From NCBI GenBank assembly GCA_965202985.1, contig CBDBCF010000001.1, positions 1,216,001-1,280,000 of the forward strand: a DNA stretch of 64,000 nucleotides. The letters are read 5' to 3'. Positions 1 through 9,743 of this stretch are shown here, in pieces (position 1 is the stretch's first letter; each line of letters begins with the position of its first letter). Position numbers and translations under genes: made by a program. The notes below the pieces were generated by a model, which was not told the origin of the DNA, ran no database searches, and was given only the letters and a program-made list of their open reading frames with translations. The DNA comes from Longimicrobiales bacterium (lineage in GTDB: Bacteria; Gemmatimonadota; Gemmatimonadetes; Longimicrobiales; Gaopeijiaceae).

Positions 1-564
1 GCTCATCGCCGGCTCACACCCAGCATGCGCGCGCTGGTGAACGATATCTTGGAGGACGACGAGACGTTACTGGTAGTCCTGAATGCAGAAGATCTGGTTG
101 GTTGCGAGGATCTCGGACGACAGTTGCGACGACTCGGGCGGGCGATCAAGCCCAGAAAGATGATGCTTGTTACGGCCGCTACCGATCATGAACGTGTGAG
201 TCATTTCCTTAGACGCGAACGCGTGGCTGGGGCGGTTGCAGACATTGTCTCATTACAGCTTGCCGGGGATATGGATGAGCACATGATTGATGGGTTTACT
301 CTTGTGACTCCGGCTGCCATGGTCGTAGACCGTCACGGCCGAATTGTTCGGGGCGTCATGCATCCATACAAAGTTAAAAACTACAGGGCGATTTCGTTCA
401 CCGAAGAGCTTGGACTATTGGAGAGCGACACCCTGAGCATTGATATTCGCAATCCTCATTCACCCTTAGACAAGAGCGGACCAGCCGATGACTACGCGAC
501 GCCTGTTGGTGCTTGCCGCGATGGTCCTGTCAGCAGTTTCCGGGCTAGCACTCGGAAGCGCTAG
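1..564 (+). CDS. Hypothetical protein, possibly thioredoxin-like fold (frame open from window edge)
   Basis: Frame is open from base 1. LLVVLNAEDLVGCED (single Cys) and TPAAMVVDRHGRIV resemble the beta1/CxxC region and the cis-Pro/beta-hairpin of Trx-fold proteins. Confidence 0.45.
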   Translation, partial: AHRRLTPSMRALVNDILEDDETLLVVLNAEDLVGCEDLGRQLRRLGRAIKPRKMMLVTAATDHERVSHFLRRERVAGAVADIVSLQLAGDMDEHMIDGFTLVTPAAMVVDRHGRIVRGVMHPYKVKNYRAISFTEELGLLESDTLSIDIRNPHSPLDKSGPADDYATPVGACRDGPVSSFRASTRKR

Positions 565-694
565 GCCGTCTCGGGCCAACGACGCCGGGTACCCGCACCA
601 GTGCTTCTACAGATGCGCTGGCTGTGGTGGGACCTGCCTGGGCGAGAACTACATCTGCTGTTGCCAGAGCGGGCCTGGCAACTGCGAGGAATAG
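488..694 (+). CDS. Small secreted cysteine-rich peptide (68 aa, 8 Cys)
   Basis: Sec-type signal MTTRRLLVLAAMVLSAVSGLALGSARPSRA, then NDAGYPHQCFYRCAGCGGTCLGENYICCCQSGPGNCEE. Confidence 0.7.
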   Translation: MTTRRLLVLAAMVLSAVSGLALGSARPSRANDAGYPHQCFYRCAGCGGTCLGENYICCCQSGPGNCEE

Positions 695-787
695 CATCCT
701 CGACAGGCAGGACGTACCCAGCGCCCATGCCGGTACCGCATCGGTGCTAGCTTGGGCGTGGAAGGGTGACGGAGTTCGTCGCATGCG

Positions 788-2197
788 ATGGAATCGGAGC
801 GGCGGACTCTGTCGCCCTTCCTGAGCCAGCCGGACGGTTGCTTTGCCTCGTTGCTTGATAGATATTTGGTGGTTGGCGGTGCAGAACAGGCGACACAGGT
901 TCGGCGGCGAGTAAAGGCGCAACTCATGAGAACCCACGAACACGACTCAAAGAGCGGTCCGCAGGGAACCCCATCCAATCGCGAGCGTGTTGACCTGTAT
1001 TTGCGGCTCAGCCGGATCGCACGAGAATACGAGGATGGGACGGGAACGAGCAGACGGTCCGAATTGACTTCAGCCACCCTCGATCTGCTGGGGACAGACA
1101 TCGCGGACCGAGTTTGGGAAGGACCTCCTGACGTAGAGGGACTGGGCGAGCTGGATGCCGTTGCCGTAGCGTACCTATGCGGATTGTTGGAGGGGTCGGT
1201 GGGCGAACGGACCTGTGGGGACGTGAACACACGCCTTGACGGTTGCTCACCGGAGATCGTGACCATTCGACAGCTCCTTCCAGCCTACTCTCGTTCGTGG
1301 CGCTCCGTGCTGATCATCGGTGAAAGGGGCAGCGGGAAGGGTCAGTTCATGCGAGCTGTCGCCGCGGGCGGCCCGCCACCATTGACGATCAACCTTGCCG
1401 CAGTCTCAGAATCCTTGGCGGACTCGGAGCTCTTCGGACACGTCCGAGGAGCATTCACGGGCGCAACGGAGACTCGGCCGGGCATCATCCAGGCGGCCAG
1501 CGACGCCGAGTGTGCACTCTACTTGGATGACGTACCAGAATGCCCCGAGTCCATTCAAGTGCGCCTGCTCACTTGCCTGGACGATGGGGTCATGCGCCCC
1601 GTCGGCTCCGATGAAGTCGTAGCGATCGGCCGGGGGCGGAAGCGGAAATTCCGGGTGTTCTCGTCCAGCCAACCCGGTGCGCTTCACAAACTCCGCCCGG
1701 ACCTCCGGGACCGATTGGCCGGCCTCCTGGTCTTGATTCCCCCCCTGCGGGACATCAAGATGGACATCCTTTTCCTCGCCAGCATGGCGATCCAGCACCA
1801 ATCGGAGACGAGTTCCCGAGTCAGGACGACGAAGCGGTTCTCCCGCGGTGCCTGCCGTGCTCTGCTGGACTACGCATGGCCAGGCAACGTCCGCCAACTG
1901 TTCAACGTGGTGGGCCGGGCACTGACGAAGGCGGAAGGGAGCGTGGTGATCAACACTGAGGTCGTGAAGACATGCCTGCGCGACGAAGAGTGGTTAGCGA
2001 AGCTGAGCGCAGATGGCAACCACCAGCCGAGCACGGATGAGGATGCCCCTTTGCCGACGTTGGAGGAGTTGGAGGCGCGCCTCATTCAACAAGCGTTGGA
2101 AAGGACAGATGGAAACGCAAGCCAAGCGGCAAGACTCCTTGGCGTGCACCGCACGACGCTCAGTCGACGCCTCAAGCGGCGTGGCCAAGTAGGGTGA
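788..2197 (+). CDS. Sigma-54-dependent transcriptional activator (AAA+ bEBP with Fis-type HTH); start uncertain
   Basis: Walker A GERGSGK, SELFGHVRGAFTGA loop, WPGNVRQL, C-terminal GNASQAARLLGVHRTTL HTH. No receiver domain recognised. Confidence 0.9.
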   Translation: MESERRTLSPFLSQPDGCFASLLDRYLVVGGAEQATQVRRRVKAQLMRTHEHDSKSGPQGTPSNRERVDLYLRLSRIAREYEDGTGTSRRSELTSATLDLLGTDIADRVWEGPPDVEGLGELDAVAVAYLCGLLEGSVGERTCGDVNTRLDGCSPEIVTIRQLLPAYSRSWRSVLIIGERGSGKGQFMRAVAAGGPPPLTINLAAVSESLADSELFGHVRGAFTGATETRPGIIQAASDAECALYLDDVPECPESIQVRLLTCLDDGVMRPVGSDEVVAIGRGRKRKFRVFSSSQPGALHKLRPDLRDRLAGLLVLIPPLRDIKMDILFLASMAIQHQSETSSRVRTTKRFSRGACRALLDYAWPGNVRQLFNVVGRALTKAEGSVVINTEVVKTCLRDEEWLAKLSADGNHQPSTDEDAPLPTLEELEARLIQQALERTDGNASQAARLLGVHRTTLSRRLKRRGQVG

Positions 2198-2340
2198 TCT
2201 GTCTTCCTCGACCAGTAACCGCCGATGTCCGAGGTTGAGGTGATGCTGGGACGCTATGCTGAGCCTGTTGGCGGGTGCGGACGGCGGCGGGCGGGGACCA
2301 TGGCCGTGTTCGGCTCGTGTCGGTGGGAGCGACACCCGAG

Positions 2341-2384
2341 TTCCTAAGAGAAAGGGCGGGACTTCCTAAGAGAAAGGGCGGGAC
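2341..2384. repeat. Perfect 22-bp tandem duplication TTCCTAAGAGAAAGGGCGGGAC x2
   Basis: Read directly at 2341-2362 and 2363-2384. Confidence 0.95.
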
Positions 2385-2389
2385 GAGGG

Positions 2390-3100
2390 TCAAGGGATCA
2401 CCGGCGGGCGGTGCGGGGCGAGAGGTCGAGGCCGCCGAGGTGGAAGAGGATGGCGGTGACGAAGCGGTCGTAGTTGCGGAAGCCTCGGCTGCGGCCTTGA
2501 CCATCTGGACCCTGCTGTTGATGCTCTCGGCCGGGCCGTTGGTCGCTCGCAGCACGACGACGTCGAGGATGCCCCACAGATGGGCGCCGACCATCTCGGC
2601 GACCTCGTGAACGGGCGCGAGCCCGCAGCCCGACGCCATTGCAGCCAGTGCAGCCAGGCGTTCTCGGCCAAGCCCCGGAGCTTGTAGTCCCACAGCTTCG
2701 ATGCCGCCTCCTTCACCGCCCAGGCGCGGGCGGTCCGGTCCACGTTTCTTGCGCAGCGCCGCGAACGCCAGCTTCTCGGCACGAGTCGTCCTGCCGCGTC
2801 CGGTCAGCCACCGGTAGCGCGTCCTCGCGAGCACGGCGCTGTCCTGCGCCAGCAGCTCGCGGTGCTCGGCGCGCCGCACCTTGTCCACCGCGTCCGCTAG
2901 GTGCTTTGGCCACGTGGAAGCGGTCGAACGTCGTCTTCAGCTCCGCGCCCGGCACCCGCTCCCCCGTCGCCGCCACGTAAGGACTCCACATGTCCATCGA
3001 CACGCTCTCCAACGCGGCCAGCCAGCCGCCGTCCCTGCTCCGGTAGAACTGCTCCAGCGACTCTCAGGTCCGGCCCTTCGCGACATGCAGCACGCGCGTA
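2390..3100 (-). mobile_element. Degraded ISL3-family transposase (frameshifted fragments)
   Basis: ISL3 motifs are spread over three frames: [10 protein letters not shown]...[34 protein letters not shown]. Confidence 0.8.
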
Positions 3101-3128
3101 CCGATGGCCGCGCTTGACCGACGTCTTC

Positions 3129-3219
3129 GCACCCGGCGTCGAAGGTGGGCTGGCACTCATGGACGAACGGTGCCGGATCTCCCGAAGGAACCTTTTTGCG
3201 TTTCTGGAGTATACGTCGG
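3129..3219 (+). repeat. Copy 1 of ~91-bp direct repeat containing an ECF-like promoter
   Basis: About 85% identical to 4331-4421 by manual alignment, with the final 20 nt identical. GGAAC at 3187-3191, 17-nt spacer, GTAT. Confidence 0.85.
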
Positions 3220-4180
3220 CCGGGGTCGCACCAACACGCACCTGTTCCCGGAGCTGGAGAAGCTGGTCGGCGACCGCGCGTCGGACTTGACGGCCTTGGA
3301 GGGCCGCCGGTGGGACGCCGTGATCGACAACTCGGGGTACATCGAGCGCCACTGCCGGAGTTCGGCGGAGGTCCTGTCCGACTCGGGGCGCTACGTGTTC
3401 ATCTCGACGCTCTCCGCGTACAAGGACCTGGCCACGCCGGGGATCACGGAGGACTACGAGCTGGCCCGGCTGCCCGACCCCGCCATGGCCGAATCCGACG
3501 AGCGGACGGGGCAGACCTACGGCCCCTTCAAGGCGCTGTGCGAAGAGGCGGTCCAGGCGGTGTTCGGCGAGCGCGCCACGATCGTGCGGCCCGGCTACAT
3601 CGTCGGACCTCGCGACGGCACGGACCGCTGGACCTACTGGCCGGTGCGGACGGCGGCGGGCGGGACGATGGCCGTGCCCGGCTCACCCCAGGACGCCGTG
3701 CAGTTCATCGACGCCAGGGACCTGGGCGCGTGGGTGGTCCGCATGGTGGAGAACGACACGAGCGGAGAGTTCAACGCCGTGGGACCCGTCGAGCCCGTCA
3801 GCATGGCCGCCATGCTGGAGGCGTGTCGGAGCGTCAGCGGGAGCGACGCCGAGTTCCAGTGGGTGGACGCGGAGTTCGCGCGCGACCAGGGCGTGGTGTT
3901 CCCGATCTGGGCGCCGCCGGGCGAGGGCGACTTCGGCGCCGTGCACCTGGTCGGCAACGCGCGGGCCGTGGAAGCCGGCTACACCAGCCGGCCGATCGAG
4001 GAGACGATCCGGGACACGCTGGCTTGGTGGAACGAGATCGCGCCCGACGAACGGGCGGACGGGATGCGCTCCGGGTTGCGGAAGCCGCCGGAGTTGGCGT
4101 TCAGGGAGCCGGCGACGATGGAAGCCATGATGGAGGTCGAGGCCGCGCTGCTGGAGGCGTGGTCGGCCCGAAACGGTTAG
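3220..4180 (+). pseudogene. NAD-dependent epimerase/dehydratase-like (atypical SDR), 5'-truncated
   Basis: RGRTNTHLFPELEKLVGDR...WDAVIDNSGY...YGPFK...RPGYIVGP...QFIDARDL are present. The N-terminal Gly-rich Rossmann strand is absent and replaced by the repeat element. Confidence 0.75.
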
Positions 4181-4330
4181 GCGGCTAGGCCGGCCCAAGG
4201 CGCTGCTGCCGCGCCGGTTGCCCGACCCGTGCGGCCTCGCCGCGCCCGTCTTCGTCGCCTGCGCCCCGACCCAGGGAGCTGATCCGGGCGGCTAGTCCGA
4301 CATCCCCCAAGCACCCGCCGAGGGCGCCGT

Positions 4331-4421
4331 GCGCCCGGCGTCGAAAGGCGGGCTGGCACTCGTGGATGAACGGCGCCGGAACTCCCAGGGAACTTTTTCC
4401 GGTTTCTGGAGTATACGTCGG
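4331..4421 (+). promoter_or_regulatory. Copy 2 of direct repeat; candidate ECF sigma promoter for the lipoprotein/TBDR operon
   Basis: GGAAC at 4389-4393, 17-nt spacer, GTAT at 4411; about 90 nt upstream of ATG 4506. Confidence 0.55.
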
Positions 4422-4505
4422 TACGGGCAATCGAAGCCGGACGCATCCGGCCTCCACAAGACCGTCCCGGGCAGGTGCCCGCTGCCCCGGAACAGGAGAA
4501 GCAGC

Positions 4506-5674
4506 ATGAGATACACCAAGCAGTTCCTCATCGCGGCAGCCCTGGTGCTGACCGCGTGCGACGAGACTCGCGTCCCGTCGCCCCCATCGACGAGCCCGAG
4601 CCGCCGATCGTCGCGCAGGCGGACCAGGGCATCTCGCAGCTGGCGCGGGCCGCTTCCGTGGCCCTGGGCGCTCCCGCCGTCCGCAGCAGCATCCTGGCGG
4701 CGATGAGAGCCTCCACGGCGGTCGAGCACCGCCTGCTGCTGGCCGACTACCTGCAGAGCCCGGAAGGCTCCGGGCTGCTGGCCGGCAGCGCTGCCGCTCT
4801 CGAGATCGACGAAGACGAGTTCCTTGCCCGGGTGGAGGAGGTCTCGGGCAGCATCGAGCTTGCCATCGCGGTTCCGATGAGGGAACACCGGCTCGGCTGG
4901 CGGGGTACGGCCCACATCGGAGTCGCCGGCGCGTGGGACACCGACGAGCTGGACTTGATCGTCCACGAGCCCGATGGGAACCGCCGCAGGGCCACGACGG
5001 TGAACGCGCTCCAAGAGTACGACGCCTTGTTCCTGATCCGCCCGCAGGAGACCTGGGGAACTCGGATCGACCGTCAAGCCGACGTTCCAGGACCCGTGAT
5101 CCAGGACGCGGGCGACGGTGAGCAGGCGTTTATCTGGACGTACGATGCCGGCGACGGCAGCGCGCCGTTATCGGTGGACTTCGGGAGTTACGAATCGGAA
5201 GGTGCGTTGGCCGAGGCGCTGGCGGCGGCGGGCGGGGTGCGTCACGATGCAGCGGCCGCCTGCGATCAGTCCGACGGCAGTGCGTGCGAAGGCACGGTAG
5301 CCGGACACTACACGGGCCGCTGGGTCACTTACTCGCCAATATACCTCCACGAGTTCGAGCTGTTGCACGCTACGGAATGGCCGGGGTCGGAGGAAATCGA
5401 GATCACGGTGTGGTACCGGAATCACCATGGCCGCACGCCTCGGGTTGTTCAACGGGAGGAAGGGATTCGAGCCAACGGTCATCCCTTCGTATACGACCAA
5501 CCTGTTCGTATGCTCTCCGTTTCGCCCAAGCGAGGCGGATATCCGTTCTACGTGAAGGCGGTTGAAACCGACTTCTGGCGCGACGACCCCTTGGGCACCA
5601 AATCGCTAACGGTCGATACACCACAGGGGTACATCAACACCAGCTGGTGGTTCAAGCTCTACCTCACCTGGTAG
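4506..5674 (+). CDS. Lipoprotein with an apparent 1-nt frameshift at ~4574-4576; C-terminal C2-like segment
   Basis: RBS AGGAG, then MRYTKQFLIAAALVLTAC (lipobox) in one frame. The body PVAPIDEPEPP...KLYLTW is in another frame. One extra C in CCC 4574-4576 joins them. Confidence 0.7.
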
Positions 5675-5692
5675 CGTCGAAACAAGGAGACG

Positions 5693-8002
5693 ATGATGAA
5701 TCGCACCAACATCTTCGCTGCCGCGCTGGTCGCCATCGCGAGCGTGGCGTCACCGTCTCCCACGTTCGCCGCCCAGGCCCCCGATTCGGGGGTCTGGGCG
5801 GTCCGAACCGTGGACCGGCGCAGCGGCGATCCGATAAGCGGCGTGCTTGTGTCCTTCTCCAAGCGCGGCGCAAACAGAGTTACCGACGACCGTGGACTAG
5901 CCGCTGGTCACAAGAACGCTGCTACTGTCCGCGTCCTTGCCCGGCGACTGGGCTACGCCGACCTGGACACGCTCGTCGCCGTCCCGAAGGCAGGCGGAGT
6001 CGTCGTGCTCCTACTCGAACGCTCCGCCGTCGAGCTGCCGCCGCTCACCGTGGAGGCGGAGCGCCGCATGACCTCCATCGAGCTGCACCGGCTCGTGTTC
6101 GACCGGGAGGTCGCCGTCGGAGCCGTCGGGATGACCCAGGCCGAGATCAAGGCCGTGCCGCCGATGGTCGAGTCCGACGTGCTCCGCAGCCTGCAGGCAC
6201 TCGCAGGCGTCTCCAGCGTCAACGACTACTCCGGCGAACTCTTCGTCAGGGGCGGCGGCAGCGACCAAGTGGCCGTGCTGATCGACGGCGCGCCCGTCTT
6301 CGCGCCATACCACATGTTCGGGCTCTTCGGCGCATTCAACGCCGACGCCGTCGAGTCCACCGAGTTCTACAGAGGCTCGATCCCGGCCCGCTACGGCGGC
6401 GCGCTGTCCGGCGTGGTCGCGGCTCGCCAGAAGACGGGAAGCGCGGACGAGACCCGCTTCGCCGGCGGCGTCAGCCTTCTAGGCGTCCGGTTCGCCGCCG
6501 ACGGAAGCCTGCCGTGGAACGAATTCCGCTGGCTGGCCGCGGGCCGCAAGGCGTCGGTGGACGTGGCGCGGATCAGCGTTCCCTACTCGTTCCACGACCT
6601 GAACCTTGGCCTGGAAGCATTCCCCGCGGACGAGCATCGGATGCGCCTGTCCGTGTTCGCATCCGACGACGAATTCGACTGGGACATGTCGTCTTCCGGA
6701 ACCAGGAACTCGTTCACCTCCGAGTGGGCGAACCTAGCGACTTCGGTCACTTGGTCGTGGGTGCCGGATCATCGGATGTCCAGCGACGTGACGGCGTACT
6801 ACAGCCGCTACGACGGCGAGCGGACGATCGGGGGTACCTCATCCTCACCCGTGACAACCAACCGCATCTCGGCAACGGGACTTCGCGCGGAACTCACCCT
6901 TCGCGACGACCATATCGGTGGGCGAGCCGGCGTCGCGCTGGAGGCCGGGCCGGTGGAACTTCGGACCGCCGGAGGACCGGGCGGCTACATGGACGGCGAC
7001 ATGTCCGCCTCGTACCAGCACCTGTCCGCATTCGCTGAGCTCGAGGCGTGGGCGGGTCCGCTCAGGATCGCGCCCGGCGTTCGGGCTGGTAGCGAGCGCC
7101 GTTCCGGTCGCAATTTCCTGGAGCCGCGGTTGTCCGTCCGGCTAAGCAGTTCCGTCTTCGCGATTAGCGCCAGCGTGGACCGGACGTACCAATTCCTGTC
7201 CGTGTTGCGAGACGCTGTCGCACTGGAGCCGGGTGCTCCGATGTGGTTCCTGCACGGCCGGGACGTGCCAGCCTCTGCGTCCGACGGGGCTAGCGTGTCG
7301 CTGGACACATGGCGAGGCGAGGAGTGGACGGCCTCGGTGGCCGGATGGACCAGGCGATTCCGAGCGGTGCCCTACTGGCGCCCCATACTGACCCGGGACC
7401 CGTCAGGTGTCGAGTACCAGGACGGCGGAGCGCAGGGCCTCGAGGTCATGGTGCAGAGGCACTCGGGCCGGGTGCGCGGCTGGCTGTCGTATCAGTGGGC
7501 GCGTGCGGCGTTCGACGCCGCCGACGGATCCGAGTACGCGCCCCAATGGGACCGCCGCCACGAACTCGACGCGTTGCTGGCTGCAGATGTGCCGGGCGAC
7601 GTCGAACTATCGCTACGAGCCACCGTAGGCACCGGCACCCCATTCTGGTTCCCGGCGGGCCTGTACGACGCTCTGCGCTTTGCGCCCAATCAGCGAATGC
7701 GAGACGAAGAGCTTGGAGGCGGCAGTTTTTTTAGCCGCTTCGACCAGCTGATCATTTGGTCGGACAACCAAGGCCGGCTTCCGATCTACGCTCGTCTGGA
7801 TCTCTCGGCGCGTCGTGCTTTCCGCTGGGGTTCCGTAGACGTGATTCCCTACCTCGCGGTCGTCAATGCTGGCAACCGCGAGAACGTCTTGCGGTACGAC
7901 TTCGTGGGAGTTCGCGACGACGGCGAAGGACCGTACCAAACGTTCCGGCACGGCAGGCAGATGCCGCTCTTCCCTTCTATCGGAATCGACTTTCGGTTCT
8001 AG
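5693..8002 (+). CDS. TonB-dependent receptor, copy A
   Basis: RBS AAGGAG, signal peptide, plug motifs LFVRGGGSDQVAVLIDG and GSIPARYGGALSGVV, YARLDLS, C-terminal Phe. Confidence 0.9.
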   Translation: MMNRTNIFAAALVAIASVASPSPTFAAQAPDSGVWAVRTVDRRSGDPISGVLVSFSKRGANRVTDDRGLAAGHKNAATVRVLARRLGYADLDTLVAVPKAGGVVVLLLERSAVELPPLTVEAERRMTSIELHRLVFDREVAVGAVGMTQAEIKAVPPMVESDVLRSLQALAGVSSVNDYSGELFVRGGGSDQVAVLIDGAPVFAPYHMFGLFGAFNADAVESTEFYRGSIPARYGGALSGVVAARQKTGSADETRFAGGVSLLGVRFAADGSLPWNEFRWLAAGRKASVDVARISVPYSFHDLNLGLEAFPADEHRMRLSVFASDDEFDWDMSSSGTRNSFTSEWANLATSVTWSWVPDHRMSSDVTAYYSRYDGERTIGGTSSSPVTTNRISATGLRAELTLRDDHIGGRAGVALEAGPVELRTAGGPGGYMDGDMSASYQHLSAFAELEAWAGPLRIAPGVRAGSERRSGRNFLEPRLSVRLSSSVFAISASVDRTYQFLSVLRDAVALEPGAPMWFLHGRDVPASASDGASVSLDTWRGEEWTASVAGWTRRFRAVPYWRPILTRDPSGVEYQDGGAQGLEVMVQRHSGRVRGWLSYQWARAAFDAADGSEYAPQWDRRHELDALLAADVPGDVELSLRATVGTGTPFWFPAGLYDALRFAPNQRMRDEELGGGSFFSRFDQLIIWSDNQGRLPIYARLDLSARRAFRWGSVDVIPYLAVVNAGNRENVLRYDFVGVRDDGEGPYQTFRHGRQMPLFPSIGIDFRF

Positions 8003-9743
8003 AAAGCGAGACAAACTCCATGTCCTTTTACAAACCGACGAAGACGTTGCTTAGTCTTGCGGTCGCCATCGGGTTCCTGGGCGGGTGCGGCAACGCGACG
8101 GGCCCCAGCGAGTACCCCAAGGCGCTTAATGACGGGCTGATCCTCTACGCCGTCCTCAACGCCGACTCCGCCCGTCATTTAGTCGAAGTCGCGGCGGCCG
8201 ATCACTACTCGCGTCCGGCGCTTTCGGGCGTGCGAGTGACGATCCACCAGCGCAACCACGGCCCCACGGGACCCCAGTGGAGCCTCGTCGCGGAGTGGGA
8301 CAGCGCACGGGCCGCCGCTCGCGGCGCGTCTCTGACCGACAGAGACCAGTGCTGGCGCGCCAACCTCGAACGGCCGCGGATGCGGGCCACGAGCAGCATT
8401 GTCTCGGCGACGCACAAGTACTGTCTGGCTCCAGAGGCCCGCCTGGAGCCAGGCACCACCTACCGAGTCGAAGCCACGGCGGACGGTCGGATTCCCGCGT
8501 CGGGAGAGACAACGGTGGTAGGCAACTTCGCAATAGAGAGTGCGACCATATCCGGAAGCCAAGGAAAGTATGCGTTGTCCGGCAACTGGACCTCGAGCAT
8601 CTCTGCCCATCGCTACTTCGTGGGCATCAGGTTGCGCGTCACCTTCTGCGGAAACTGCAACGAGCCGTGGTATACCGTAGTCGACGGGCGAAACTTCGCA
8701 GGCCGTGTACCCGACTTGGCCGTCGACAGCGCGGGACACGAGCCCATGCTGGACGTGGCGGCGGTCGACCGGCACCTGTACGACTACCTCACGACTGGTC
8801 ACCGAGGCAACTTGCACTCCGTCCACCCCGCCCAGAACGTGCAAGACGGTTTTGGTGTCGTGGGATCGGTCCGGATCCGAAGTCGGCAAATCGCCACGCC
8901 CGCGCGCACGCCGCCTGCACCGAGCTGACCGATGATGAACCGCATCAACATCTTCGCTGCCGCGCTGGCCGCTCTGGCTGGCTCGGCTCCACCGTCCCCC
9001 ACGTTCGCCGCCCAGGCCCCCGACTCGGGGGTCTGGGCGGTCCGAACCGTGGATCGGCCCAGCGGCCAACCGGTGAGCGACGCCTTCGTGGACTTCCCGG
9101 AACACGGCGCAAGCGGGGTCACCGACGACCGAGGGCTCGTGAATGGACACGGAACCGGCCCTGCCGTCCGCGTCCTTGCCCGGCGACTGGGCTACGCCGA
9201 CCTGGACACGCTCGTCGCCGTCCCGAAGGCAGGCGGAGTCGTCGTGCTCCTACTCGAACGCTCCGCCGTCGAGCTGCCGCCGCTCACCGTGGAGGCGGAG
9301 CGCCGCATGACCTCCATCGAGCTGCACCGGCTCGTGTTCGACCGGGAGGTCGCCGTCGGAGCCGTCGGGATGACCCAGGCCGAGATCAAGGCCGTGCCGC
9401 CGATGGTCGAGTCCGACGTGCTCCGCAGCCTGCAGGCACTCGCAGGCGTCTCCAGCGTCAACGACTACTCCGGCGAACTCTTCGTCAGGGGCGGCGGCAG
9501 CGACCAAGTGGCCGTGCTGATCGACGGCGCGCCCGTCTTCGCGCCATACCACATGTTCGGGCTCTTCGGCGCATTCAACGCCGACGCCGTCGAGTCCACC
9601 GAGTTCTACAGAGGCTCGATCCCGGCCCGCTACGGCGGCGCGCTGTCCGGCGTGGTCGCGGCTCGCCAGAAGACGGGAAGCGCGGACGAGACCCGCTTCG
9701 CCGGCGGCGTCAGCCTTCTAGGCGTCCGGTTCGCCGCCGACGG
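5927..9743 (+). repeat. ~578-bp apparently identical block shared by both TBDR copies (5927-6504 and 9166-9743)
   Basis: Manual comparison. The ORF track also shows identical antisense ORFs at 5953/9192 and 6011/9250 (offset 3239). Confidence 0.85.
8020..8928 (+). CDS. DUF4249-like outer-membrane lipoprotein, copy A
   Basis: Lipobox LGGC, PGTTYRVEAT, C-terminal NVQDGFGVVGS; directly follows the TBDR. Confidence 0.75.
   Translation: MSFYKPTKTLLSLAVAIGFLGGCGNATGPSEYPKALNDGLILYAVLNADSARHLVEVAAADHYSRPALSGVRVTIHQRNHGPTGPQWSLVAEWDSARAAARGASLTDRDQCWRANLERPRMRATSSIVSATHKYCLAPEARLEPGTTYRVEATADGRIPASGETTVVGNFAIESATISGSQGKYALSGNWTSSISAHRYFVGIRLRVTFCGNCNEPWYTVVDGRNFAGRVPDLAVDSAGHEPMLDVAAVDRHLYDYLTTGHRGNLHSVHPAQNVQDGFGVVGSVRIRSRQIATPARTPPAPS

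Noticed and set aside
3150..3170. CTGGCAC in both repeat copies as a sigma-54 -24 box
   Set aside because: No GC at the -12 position (CG and TG are found there instead).
3104..3219. N-terminus of the 358-aa ORF as a genuine protein start
   Set aside because: It translates the non-coding repeat element; the real Rossmann N-terminus is missing.
5927..9743. Near-identical repeats as a diversity-generating retroelement TR/VR pair
   Set aside because: No reverse transcriptase in the window; differences are not adenine-specific; both copies are full paralogous genes.
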